From a virus: DNA of 64,000 nt. Positions 56,088 to 64,000 of the stretch are shown here, piece after piece; position 1 is the stretch's first letter, and the number at the start of each line of letters is the position of its first letter. The stretch lies in IMG/VR virus record IMGVR_UViG_3300035242_000035, positions 1 through 64,000 of that record; one strand, written 5' to 3'. The translations under genes were made by a program, and so were the position numbers. The notes under the pieces are model-generated. The model did no database searches, was not told where the DNA came from, and was given only the letters and a program-made list of their open reading frames with translations.

Positions 56088-56987
56088 ATGGCGACGCACG
56101 AGATTTCGGACTCGGACCTGCAGTCGTTGGTGGAGGTCCGGGACCTGGTGGAGCGGATCATCGGGAGCCGGGCTATGACTTCGGGAATGGGGTTGCCGGG
56201 CGGCGGTGACGTTGAGCGCCTGGGCGCCGCGGTCCAGAAGTTGGTCGAGTTGAAGCTGGCGATCTTGCCGAATCCATCACCGCCCTGCGCGTCCGCTTCA
56301 CCCCAGCCGATCCCGGACATCATGATCGAACGGCGCAGCAACCATCCCGTTCTGGCCCACATGACTACAGATCGGCCCGACGAGGACTTCATCGCCTCCG
56401 TGACCGCCACTCCGGTGGCGACCTACGGGGCGATCTACGAAACCGGCCGCAACGAGTACGAGGCGTTCGGCCGCCTCCTGATGCGCAGGATTCTGCAGGT
56501 CCGCGTATGCGCTCCAGGTGCCCCGACGTGCATCCTCGACGTGACGGCCGCGCACTCGCCGACCCCGCCCCGCGCTCCTGCGAGCCGTGAATCGATGTCT
56601 CGCGTGAGCGTGCCACTCACCTGCTCGCGGTGCAGTATCTTGATCACAGACTCTCTGACAGCCGCCTTTGTCAACGATGGCCAGATCACCGGCGTGGTCT
56701 GCAACAAGTGCCAGCCGTCCTCGATGCAGGCCGCTATCGATCGACTCAACCGTGCGGCCAACGCTCCACCGCCAGACAAGCGCCCGCTCAGCGAACGGTT
56801 TCGGGTCGGGTGGAACGTCCGCTTCACCAAGGAGACCGAGTTGTTCGAGGTGGGCGACGTTGTGGAGGTCCGCGGCCACGACGACGGTCTGGTGGTTGTG
56901 CCGCGGCCGGGCTACCTGGGTTCGACGACGACGGTCGAACCGGACTGCATCGAGATGATCCCGCTGCCGGCGAAGTCGGACGAGTAG
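56088..56987 (+). CDS. hypothetical protein (mosaic, lower GC)
   Basis: GAAAGGAGAGG SD. Confidence 0.55.
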   Translation: MATHEISDSDLQSLVEVRDLVERIIGSRAMTSGMGLPGGGDVERLGAAVQKLVELKLAILPNPSPPCASASPQPIPDIMIERRSNHPVLAHMTTDRPDEDFIASVTATPVATYGAIYETGRNEYEAFGRLLMRRILQVRVCAPGAPTCILDVTAAHSPTPPRAPASRESMSRVSVPLTCSRCSILITDSLTAAFVNDGQITGVVCNKCQPSSMQAAIDRLNRAANAPPPDKRPLSERFRVGWNVRFTKETELFEVGDVVEVRGHDDGLVVVPRPGYLGSTTTVEPDCIEMIPLPAKSDE

Positions 56988-56994
56988 CTGCTCC

Positions 56995-57207
56995 GTGGAG
57001 CTCACCCTCGCCCAACTCCGAGCCATCATGCCGCGCCTGCCCGAGGCGGCGGCTGCGGAGTACCTGCCGCACCTCGACGGGGCGATGCGGGAGTTCCAGA
57101 TCTCGCACGAGCCCACCAAGATCGCCCCGCCGAGGGTCTCGCTTGCGGTTGTGCGTCCCGCCTCTTCCCCGGGGCCAGCGACTCGCAAGCCTCCGTCCGC
57201 TTCTTGA
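56995..57207 (+). pseudogene. N-terminal remnant of a GH19 chitinase-like endolysin
   Basis: LTLAQLRAIMPRL...YLPHLDGAMREFQI resembles GH19 lysin N-termini; no catalytic 'FLAQ..HES' follows. Confidence 0.55.
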
Positions 57208-57287
57208 CGCGCGGTTTCCATGGCCGGTACGGTTCCGCCAGCCCAACAGCGGGCCAGGCCAACCTCCACCAGAAAGGGCCGCCACCC

Positions 57288-58430
57288 ATGAAGCGCATCC
57301 TCGCCTACTCCACCCTCCTCTTCGGCCTGGCCCTCGCTCCGCCCCTTCTCGCGGCGAGCGCCAACGGCAAGAGCGGATCCATCACCGTCCTCAACGCCAA
57401 CGTCTCCTCCGGTACCGCCACCACCGGCAGTTCGGTGGCCGTCGAGACCTACCTGTCCGCCGGGCAGAACATGTACACGGGCTCGGAGGCCCGGACCAAC
57501 GTGGTGGCGATCCAGGTGACCGGCACCTTCACCGCGACGCTGACCTTCCAGGCGTCCTATGACCTCGGCTCCACCTGGGTGAGCTTCCCGGTGGTGGTGG
57601 CGCCCATCCCCACCACCAACATCACCGGGACCGGGGTGACGACCACCACCGGTACCGGCAAGTGGTACGCGAACACGGCCGGGGCTACCAACTTCCGCGT
57701 CACCTGCACGGCCTACACGTCGGGCACCGCCACGGTGGTCCTAGAGAAGAGCACCGGCTCCCAACTCGTCACCATCCAGGGCATGCCGACGATCACCACT
57801 GCCGGCGGGGCCGCGGACGGTGCGGCGGTGTCCGGCAACCCGACGCTCATCGCGGGCCAGGATGGCACCCTCGCCCAGTCTCTGAAGACGGACAGCACCG
57901 GGCGACTGGAGGTGATCGGCGGCGCGGCGGACGACGCGGCCATCGCCGGCAATCCTGTGCCCGTGGGCGTGAAGGCCATCGCCGACGCAGCCCAGCCCTC
58001 GGCCGTCACCGCTGGCGACGTGGCCTACGCGGTCTCCACGCTCGAGCGCATCCCCATCGTCACCACGCGGCACCCCAACGCCTTCAACTGCCGGGTGGCT
58101 ACGAGCACCGCCACGACGCTCACGGCGGTGGGCGGTTCCTGTGCGGCCCCTGGTGCGGGGCTCAGCCTCTACATCTCCGACATCTCGTTCGCCTCGTCGG
58201 TCGACGGGGACGTGACGACGGCCGACGCCTACATGACGATCAAGTCCGGGACCGGCGGAACCTGCGGGAGCGGCACCGCCGTCCTCTGGGGGCTGGGTAG
58301 CCTCGCCAAGACCTCGGTGGCGCAGCAGTTCCGCCAGCCCATCAAAGTCGCCGCGAACAGCGAGATCTGCTGGATTCACAGCGTCGCTGGGAGCAAGACC
58401 CTGAACGTCCAAGGGTACATCGCCCCGTGA
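57288..58430 (+). CDS. Thr/Gly/Ala-rich beta-structured protein with signal-peptide-like N-terminus (putative structural)
   Basis: MKRILAYSTLLFGLALAP; 'QVTGTF.ATLTFQAS.D.G.TW', 'FRV.CTAYTSGTATV'. Confidence 0.7.
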   Translation: MKRILAYSTLLFGLALAPPLLAASANGKSGSITVLNANVSSGTATTGSSVAVETYLSAGQNMYTGSEARTNVVAIQVTGTFTATLTFQASYDLGSTWVSFPVVVAPIPTTNITGTGVTTTTGTGKWYANTAGATNFRVTCTAYTSGTATVVLEKSTGSQLVTIQGMPTITTAGGAADGAAVSGNPTLIAGQDGTLAQSLKTDSTGRLEVIGGAADDAAIAGNPVPVGVKAIADAAQPSAVTAGDVAYAVSTLERIPIVTTRHPNAFNCRVATSTATTLTAVGGSCAAPGAGLSLYISDISFASSVDGDVTTADAYMTIKSGTGGTCGSGTAVLWGLGSLAKTSVAQQFRQPIKVAANSEICWIHSVAGSKTLNVQGYIAP

Positions 58431-58942
58431 TCTGCATCCTGCTGATCGCCCTGCTTGCGGCCCCACCCACCGCGAGCGAGCCCTCCTGCCCGTCGCCGCA
58501 GATATATCGGTGTGACGCCGCAGGAGTCTGCCGGTGCTTCTACCCGGCGCCAGATGGTGGGCCGGCCTGTCGGCCGTCGGACGAGACGCGGTGCCAGCCG
58601 CCGCCGCCCGAGAAGCCGAGGTGCGCCACGTGCAAGCCGGGCGTCTCCGGGGCCGCCGGTGGTTGAGGAACTGCGACAGCTGGTCGCGAGCCTGGCGGGA
58701 TCTCTCCGCCGGGCCGCGCAGTACGATGAGCTGACGCTGATCGGCGGCGGTGACGCGCCGTGCCGGGACCAGGACCCCACCCATTGCGCCGGACACCGTG
58801 GACGGTCGCCTACGTGCGCGCAGAACATTGCCCTGCTCGAACTCGCCGACGAGGTGCTCCGCGACAGCGCCGGACCGGCGGCAGCGTCGCTGGATGAGGC
58901 ACTCGTTGCGCTGGCTGAGGCTCAAGGTGATGGCGGTGGCGC

Positions 58943-59215
58943 ATGATCGACGACGAGAACCAAGCAGCCCATCGTCGCATCTGGTTCGATGCCCTCCCTG
59001 ACGGAGCCCGGGCGCTGTACTGCGGCACGGTGTTGTTCCGCCGCACCCACGAGCCAGCGATAGAGGTGGCGAGGTCGCCGGCGGCCGAGTGGCGCGATCT
59101 GTCCCGAGCCGAGGCGCTGGACTTGTTCGAGATGGCGCTGCACGACCACGAGCGAGGCGGCCGGCATGTCGCGCCTTCTAAGATGGACTCATCGCAGCCC
59201 GCTGGATCACGATGA
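58943..59215 (+). CDS. hypothetical protein
   Basis: ATGA overlaps. Confidence 0.45.
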   Translation: MIDDENQAAHRRIWFDALPDGARALYCGTVLFRRTHEPAIEVARSPAAEWRDLSRAEALDLFEMALHDHERGGRHVAPSKMDSSQPAGSR

Positions 59216-59868
59216 CGCTCGAAGCCGCTGCTCGCATCCTGAGGTCGATCACGTTCGGCTGGCCCCTGAAGGCATGGGGGCTCTGGCTGCAGGTCGAGCC
59301 GCGCCCCACAGACGGGATGTTGATGGCGACGATTCACGCCCAGGTTCCGCACCGAGACACGGGCGTGCCAAACCTAAGCTTCACCCGAATCGTCCTCCAG
59401 GAGTTGGAACTGGTCTGCGCTCGCGATGACGCCGCGCTGGCAGCGTCGCTGGTCGAGCGGGTCCGCATGGCCGTCCGCAACTGGCTGACACACGAACTGG
59501 ATGAGTCGTTGCTCGTGTCCGGGCGCCGGGTATTCGACCCTCACCCGGCGCCCCGCCTGCCGCCGGCGAGCGCTCAATGGCGAGGCGCGGAGGTCCGTCC
59601 GATCGATGACCACGCTCTTCGTGGGCGAGCCGAGGCTGTCGGCCGAGCGTTCGCGGCAGTGCGCCGCGCGCGCGATTGCGGTGGAGGGGGTGTCGAGTTG
59701 GTAGTCGACCGACCCGGTCCCGGCGTGTCCTGGCATTTAGAGGTCGAGCCTTGGGCCGCCGAGGCGGCAGTGGAAACGATCCTGATTCGCCGTGGAGAGG
59801 ACCCGTGCGCTGCGGCCGCCCGCCTGCTCGCAGCCGAAGGACGAATTGGCCAGCCGTTCACGCGATAG
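59212..59868 (+). CDS. hypothetical protein ('HELDE.L...G.R.FDPH' motif)
   Basis: ATGA overlap; motif typical of small phage proteins. Confidence 0.55.
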   Translation: MTLEAAARILRSITFGWPLKAWGLWLQVEPRPTDGMLMATIHAQVPHRDTGVPNLSFTRIVLQELELVCARDDAALAASLVERVRMAVRNWLTHELDESLLVSGRRVFDPHPAPRLPPASAQWRGAEVRPIDDHALRGRAEAVGRAFAAVRRARDCGGGGVELVVDRPGPGVSWHLEVEPWAAEAAVETILIRRGEDPCAAAARLLAAEGRIGQPFTR

Positions 59869-59887
59869 ACCTTCGGGAGGACCGAGC

Positions 59888-60451
59888 ATGCCGGATGATT
59901 TCGACCTGGACCGAGACGCGGAGGCCGCAGCTCGCGAGGCGCTCACCGAGGCCTTGGGCTCGGCGCCCTCCGCTGCGGCACAGGCGGTAGGCATCGGGTC
60001 AGGCATCGGCGCCGCGCCGGCGGTGAGCGCGACCGATGTGAGTCTTCCCAAACGCTTGGGGCAGGGGACGGCCGATCCAGAGCAGCCGCAGTCGGGGCCA
60101 CGGCAGCGGGGCATCCGAAGGTGGGTCTACACCTCCGGCGGCCAGCCGCTTCCCGGGCCGGTGGAAGTCGCCGAGGACTGGGACGCCGTCGGGCGCGACG
60201 CCCCGCGCACCTCCGAGGAGGAGATCTACGGCCACCTCACGGCCACCGACGGCACCCCCTTGGACACGCGCCGTAAGCACCGGCAGTACATGGAGCGGCA
60301 CGGGCTCACCATGGAGTCCGACTTTAAGGAGACCTGGGCCAAGAAGGCGAATGAACGCGAGCGCGCGTTCACCGACAACAGGTACGACCGGGAGCGCCGG
60401 ATCGAGCACCTGAAGCGCGCGGTCGACCAGGCCGGGAAGCGGCGCCGATGA
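59888..60451 (+). CDS. conserved head-module-associated protein
   Basis: GGAGG SD; 'DGTPLDTRRKHRQYMERHGL...DF' motif seen between portal and scaffold genes. Confidence 0.65.
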   Translation: MPDDFDLDRDAEAAAREALTEALGSAPSAAAQAVGIGSGIGAAPAVSATDVSLPKRLGQGTADPEQPQSGPRQRGIRRWVYTSGGQPLPGPVEVAEDWDAVGRDAPRTSEEEIYGHLTATDGTPLDTRRKHRQYMERHGLTMESDFKETWAKKANERERAFTDNRYDRERRIEHLKRAVDQAGKRRR

Positions 60452-60858
60452 CCTTGGGCGATCCCACGGTCGATCCACCGCGGGCGTGGTGGCTGGCCAC
60501 GACCCGCCGCCAGGCGGCCATCAGATTCGCCGCGCAGTACCCATCGCCGATGTAACAGCGAAAGGTGGTTCCATGGCCGTGGTTCTGAGTGAAGAGCAGT
60601 GGCGGCGGTTCGACGATCTGGATCGGCGGTTGGTCCGTGCGGAGCGCTCGATTCAGCGAGGGCTGGACGAGCATATGTACGGGATGTCGGCAGAGCGTCG
60701 CGTGGCCAATCTCAGAGCCTCGGTTCTCGGAATCCAAAACCAGGAACCGAGCATCACCGGGTTGTCTGCATGGCTGCCGCCGGCAGGCAAGACCGTGTAG
60801 GATTCTAGACTCAGCACACCCCAGCGCCGCACACCAGGCACTGATGAAGGAGACCACG

Positions 60859-62133
60859 ATGCCGACCGAACAGCCCGCCTCGAAGGGCCCGTCGATCAGG
60901 GAGAGCCTGTCGAAGGTGGTGGATGCCGCCGGGCCCGCGCCCGAGCCGACGCCGACCCCAGCCAGTGCGACCCCCGGCGAGCCCGCCCGCCCCGAGGGCA
61001 AGGCCGGGCCCATCGTCGAGAAGAAGCCCGTCCTGAAGCCGGTGGACCGCGGCCCAGACGGGAAGTTCCTCCGGAAGGACGACGCCGCGCCGACAGGAGA
61101 GGTGCCGCAGCCCGACGCTGCCGCCGCCGCGCCAGGCGCTCCGGCGCAGCCCGCCCAGGCCCAGGGAGCACCTGCCGACGGGAAGCCCGCCACCGAGGGA
61201 GAGGTCAAGCCGAAGTCGCGGGCCCCGGCGAGTTGGCGCGCAGGCGCCAAGGAGGCGTGGGAGAAGGTGCCCCCAGAGGCCCAGGCGGAGATCCTCCGCC
61301 GGGAGGGGGAGGTCCGCGAGGCGCTCTCCAAGGCCGCGGCGACCGAGCGTCGGGCCCAGGAGACCGATGCCGCGCTGGACGAGCTCCGCCAGGCCGCGAA
61401 GCCGTACCAGGCGCTGCTCCAGGCCGAGGGCGGAAGCCTGGCCAAGGCGTTCGGTGGCTACCTCGGGACGGTCCACGCGCTCACCAATGGTACCCCGGCG
61501 ACCCGCGCGGCCATCGGGGCGGATATGATCCACCGATTCGGCATCAACGTGGAGCTGCTCGCCGATGCCCTGGAGGGGAAGGCGGCCCAACCCTCCCAGA
61601 CGCAACCGCAGCCCGCGCCCGCCGGCCAGCAGGCGCCCAACCCAGCGGACTTCCGCGACCCTCGGGTGGACGAGATACTGGCCCACGCCCAGCAGAACCG
61701 ACGCTCCCAGGTCGAGCAGTTGGCGGCGACTCAGGCCGCCGAGTGGAGTGCGTTCGAGAGCGACCCACAGAACGAGTTCCTCGAGCAGATCGAGCCGGGG
61801 CAGGGCGCGGCACCGGGCTCCGTGCGCTGGTACATGGCGGAGCTCATCGAGATGCACGATCGGGAGAATGCGGCCCGGGTGCGCCGCCGGCAGCCCCCCC
61901 TTGCGCTGTCCATGAAGGACATCTACTCTCGCGCCTGCCTGCTCAACCCGGAGGTCCGGGAGGCGCTCAGGCAGCGGGAGGAAGCCCAGCGAGCCGTGAC
62001 CGCGAACGCGGCCACACGACAAGCCCAGGCAGCTTCCTCGTCCGTGCGGACAGAGCCGACCAGCAGCCCCGCGCCGAAGCCGCAGGGCCTGAGGGCGCAG
62101 CTCCTGGCCGCCGCGAGCGCCCACGGCCTCTGA
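60859..62133 (+). CDS. capsid scaffolding protein
   Basis: AAGGAG SD; Pro/Ala-rich N-terminus, 'RGPDGKF', 'APASW...AKEAW', helical; upstream of MCP. Confidence 0.75.
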   Translation: MPTEQPASKGPSIRESLSKVVDAAGPAPEPTPTPASATPGEPARPEGKAGPIVEKKPVLKPVDRGPDGKFLRKDDAAPTGEVPQPDAAAAAPGAPAQPAQAQGAPADGKPATEGEVKPKSRAPASWRAGAKEAWEKVPPEAQAEILRREGEVREALSKAAATERRAQETDAALDELRQAAKPYQALLQAEGGSLAKAFGGYLGTVHALTNGTPATRAAIGADMIHRFGINVELLADALEGKAAQPSQTQPQPAPAGQQAPNPADFRDPRVDEILAHAQQNRRSQVEQLAATQAAEWSAFESDPQNEFLEQIEPGQGAAPGSVRWYMAELIEMHDRENAARVRRRQPPLALSMKDIYSRACLLNPEVREALRQREEAQRAVTANAATRQAQAASSSVRTEPTSSPAPKPQGLRAQLLAAASAHGL

Positions 62134-62244
62134 GCGTCGAGCGGACCCGGTGTAGGGCCGGGAGCGGCGAACGGCCATCCTCGGTCGTCCACGCGCTGAA
62201 AGCCCCAGCGCAGTGGACCCACGACCGAGAAGGAGCCGACGCCG

Positions 62245-63219
62245 ATGCCGGCCAACGCCAACTACAGCGAGATCCTCGCGACCACCATCGAGTCGCGCAG
62301 CGGAGAGCTCGCCGACAACACCACGAAGAACAACGTCCTCTTCTCCCGCCTCAACTCGAAGGGAAACATCAAGTCGTTCTCCGGCGGGCACAAAGTCACC
62401 GAGGAGCTCGACTGGCAGGAGAACCCGAACTTCCAGTGGTACAGCGGCGCCGAGACGCTCGCGATGGCCCAGGGGGACGTGCTCACCGCCGCCGAGTTCG
62501 CGATCAAGCAGTGCGCCATCGCGGTGGTGATGACTGGGCTCGAGGGGCTGCAGAACTCCGGGCGGGAGCAGATCATCGACCTGCTCGAGGGCCGGCTCGC
62601 CAACGCCGAGCGGACCATGATGAACCGCATGGCGCAGTCGGTGTATGGCGACGGCACCAGCTACGGCGGGCGCGAAATCACCGGCCTGGGCGCGGCGGTG
62701 GTGAGCGACCCCACCACGGGCACCTACGGCGGTATCGACCGCTCCGTCTCCGCCAACAGCTTCTGGCGCAACAAGACCACCGGGGCCATCGGCGTCCAGA
62801 CGGCGGCGACCATCCAGGGGGCCATGACCTCCCTGTATGTCGCCTGCAGCCGTGGCGCGGACAAGCCGGACCTCATCATCTTCGACAACACCCTCTACAC
62901 CGCCTTCGCCAACTCGCTGCAGGTGCTCCAGCGCTTCACGGAGACCCGACAGGCGGAGCTGGGGTTCGAGTCCATCAAGTTCATGGGCGCCGACGTGGTG
63001 CTGGATGGCGGGGTCGGCGGCTACCAGGCCTCCGGCGTGGGGCACTTCCTGACCACCAAGTACATCCGGCTGCGGCCGCACTCGCGGCGCAACATGGTGC
63101 CGCTCTCGCCCAACAAGCGGTGGGCGCTGAACCAGGACGTCGAGGCGCAGTTCATCGCCTGGGCCGGCAACCTGACCACCTCCATCAGCTTCGTGCAGGG
63201 CTACTTCAACGGCAACTAG
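62245..63219 (+). CDS. major capsid protein
   Basis: 324 aa; 'ATTIESRSGELADN', 'YSGAETL', 'YGDGT', 'GTYGGIDR', 'LGFESIKF', 'WAGNLT'. Confidence 0.9.
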   Translation: MPANANYSEILATTIESRSGELADNTTKNNVLFSRLNSKGNIKSFSGGHKVTEELDWQENPNFQWYSGAETLAMAQGDVLTAAEFAIKQCAIAVVMTGLEGLQNSGREQIIDLLEGRLANAERTMMNRMAQSVYGDGTSYGGREITGLGAAVVSDPTTGTYGGIDRSVSANSFWRNKTTGAIGVQTAATIQGAMTSLYVACSRGADKPDLIIFDNTLYTAFANSLQVLQRFTETRQAELGFESIKFMGADVVLDGGVGGYQASGVGHFLTTKYIRLRPHSRRNMVPLSPNKRWALNQDVEAQFIAWAGNLTTSISFVQGYFNGN

Positions 63220-63261
63220 GCCGGGCCTCGGGCACCGGAGAAAGAGAACGAGGGCACGACA

Positions 63262-63771
63262 ATGGCCTACACGACCAACTGGAAGATCACCTCGCCGCTG
63301 GCGGGAACCCAGCCCATCGACCAGACCTCCACCACCAAGAACCAGGTGCTCGGCACCCGCGTCCAGGGCGTGGAGCTCGGGAACGACAACGGCATCGGGG
63401 AGTTCATCTACCTCAAGGGGGTGGCCAACACCGCGGCCGGCTCCTGGGTCACCTACAACCAGGACGACCACACCACCGCGCTCCTGGCAGCGAACGCCAT
63501 CGGGCCGGTGGCCATCGCGATGTCGGCGAACGTGGCCAGCCAGTACGGCTGGTACCAGGTCTTCGGCAAGGCGGTGGGCAAGTGCCTCGCCGCCTTCGCT
63601 GACGACGGCAACGTCTACGCCACCGCCACCGACGGGAGCGTGGACGACGCCGTGGTGGCCGGGGACCGGGTGAAGAACGCGAAGGGGGCGAGCGCCATCG
63701 ATACGCCGGCCACCGGCCAGGCGGAGTTCGAGATCTCGTATCCCCTGATGGACGATGGGCTTTCGCAGTGA
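63262..63771 (+). CDS. putative capsid decoration/minor head protein
   Basis: directly after MCP; 'GEFIYLKG', 'GPVAIAM', 'QYGWYQ.G'. Confidence 0.7.
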   Translation: MAYTTNWKITSPLAGTQPIDQTSTTKNQVLGTRVQGVELGNDNGIGEFIYLKGVANTAAGSWVTYNQDDHTTALLAANAIGPVAIAMSANVASQYGWYQVFGKAVGKCLAAFADDGNVYATATDGSVDDAVVAGDRVKNAKGASAIDTPATGQAEFEISYPLMDDGLSQ

Positions 63772-63780
63772 TTCATGATT

Positions 63781-63830
63781 CTCCTTGGGTGGGGCGATGC
63801 GGTCTGGCACTCTCCGCTCCACCCAAGGAG
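63781..63830 (+). promoter_or_regulatory. hairpin sequestering the SD of the downstream HNH gene
   Basis: CTCCTTGGGTGG (63781-92) is the exact reverse complement of CCACCCAAGGAG (63819-30). Confidence 0.7.
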
Positions 63831-63837
63831 GTTGTGC

Positions 63838-64000
63838 ATGCGTCAACGCGGGTGTCTTGCTCGCGAACTTGCCGCGCAGCGATGTGTGGCACGAGCCGTC
63901 CCGTTTGAGCAGCGCCTGGTCAAGAACGAGGTCACCGGCTGTCTGGAATGGTCCGGGGCTCGTGACCGGGACGGATACGGCACCCTTCGCGCAGGGAGAC
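63838..64000 (+). CDS. HNH homing endonuclease, N-terminal part (truncated by window)
   Basis: own translation MRQRGCLARELAAQRCVARAVPFEQRLVKNEVTGCLEWSGARDRDGYGTLRAGR; 'GC.EW.G...GYG' motif. Confidence 0.75.
   Translation, partial: MRQRGCLARELAAQRCVARAVPFEQRLVKNEVTGCLEWSGARDRDGYGTLRAGR

Noticed and set aside
60811-63846. 1011-aa minus-strand ORF
   Set aside because: Antisense shadow of scaffold/MCP/decoration genes, expected in high-GC DNA
63804-63903. Additional sigma54 promoters at TGGCAC hexamers near 63805 and 63887
   Set aside because: No GC at the -12 position with correct spacing
1-64000. Integrase, att sites, IS elements, rRNA
   Set aside because: No tyrosine/serine recombinase or transposase motifs, terminal inverted repeats or rRNA-like sequence recognised by eye

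Overview
A GC-rich tailed dsDNA phage or prophage segment. The host is probably in Myxococcota, judging by a Myxococcus-like groES and an IHF/sigma-54-type promoter. From left to right: (1) the end of a structural block with a tail-fibre-like gene and a GH23/goose-type endolysin; (2) an ~8 kb minus-strand island holding a tightly packed PP2C phosphatase - Ser/Thr kinase - nicotinamidase-like hydrolase - vWA - Mom-family operon, followed by a stranded holin-like gene; (3) a leftward early/recombination arm (PD-(D/E)XK nuclease, ParB, HNH, ERF, YqaJ, DUF4326, SAAx-repeat protein); (4) a divergent promoter switch with a small RHH-like regulator; (5) a rightward replication/modification arm (initiator with iteron-like sites, DnaB, Gp37/68, RuvC-like, DUF1643, frameshifted Dam, repeat-expanded C5 MTase, SNF2-MTase fusion); (6) many small accessory genes; (7) a head module (TerL, portal, scaffold, major capsid, decoration protein) interleaved with groES, an RyR-domain gene, two degenerate tRNA-Gln-like elements and a GH19 remnant, ending in a partial HNH gene. 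The best candidate for an undescribed system is the TerY-P-like triad extended by a nicotinamidase and linked to Mom. Non-coding highlights are a four-copy promoter/operator motif and a 56-bp dispersed repeat. No integrase or CRISPR array was seen. All calls come from reading motifs by eye; no searches were run.
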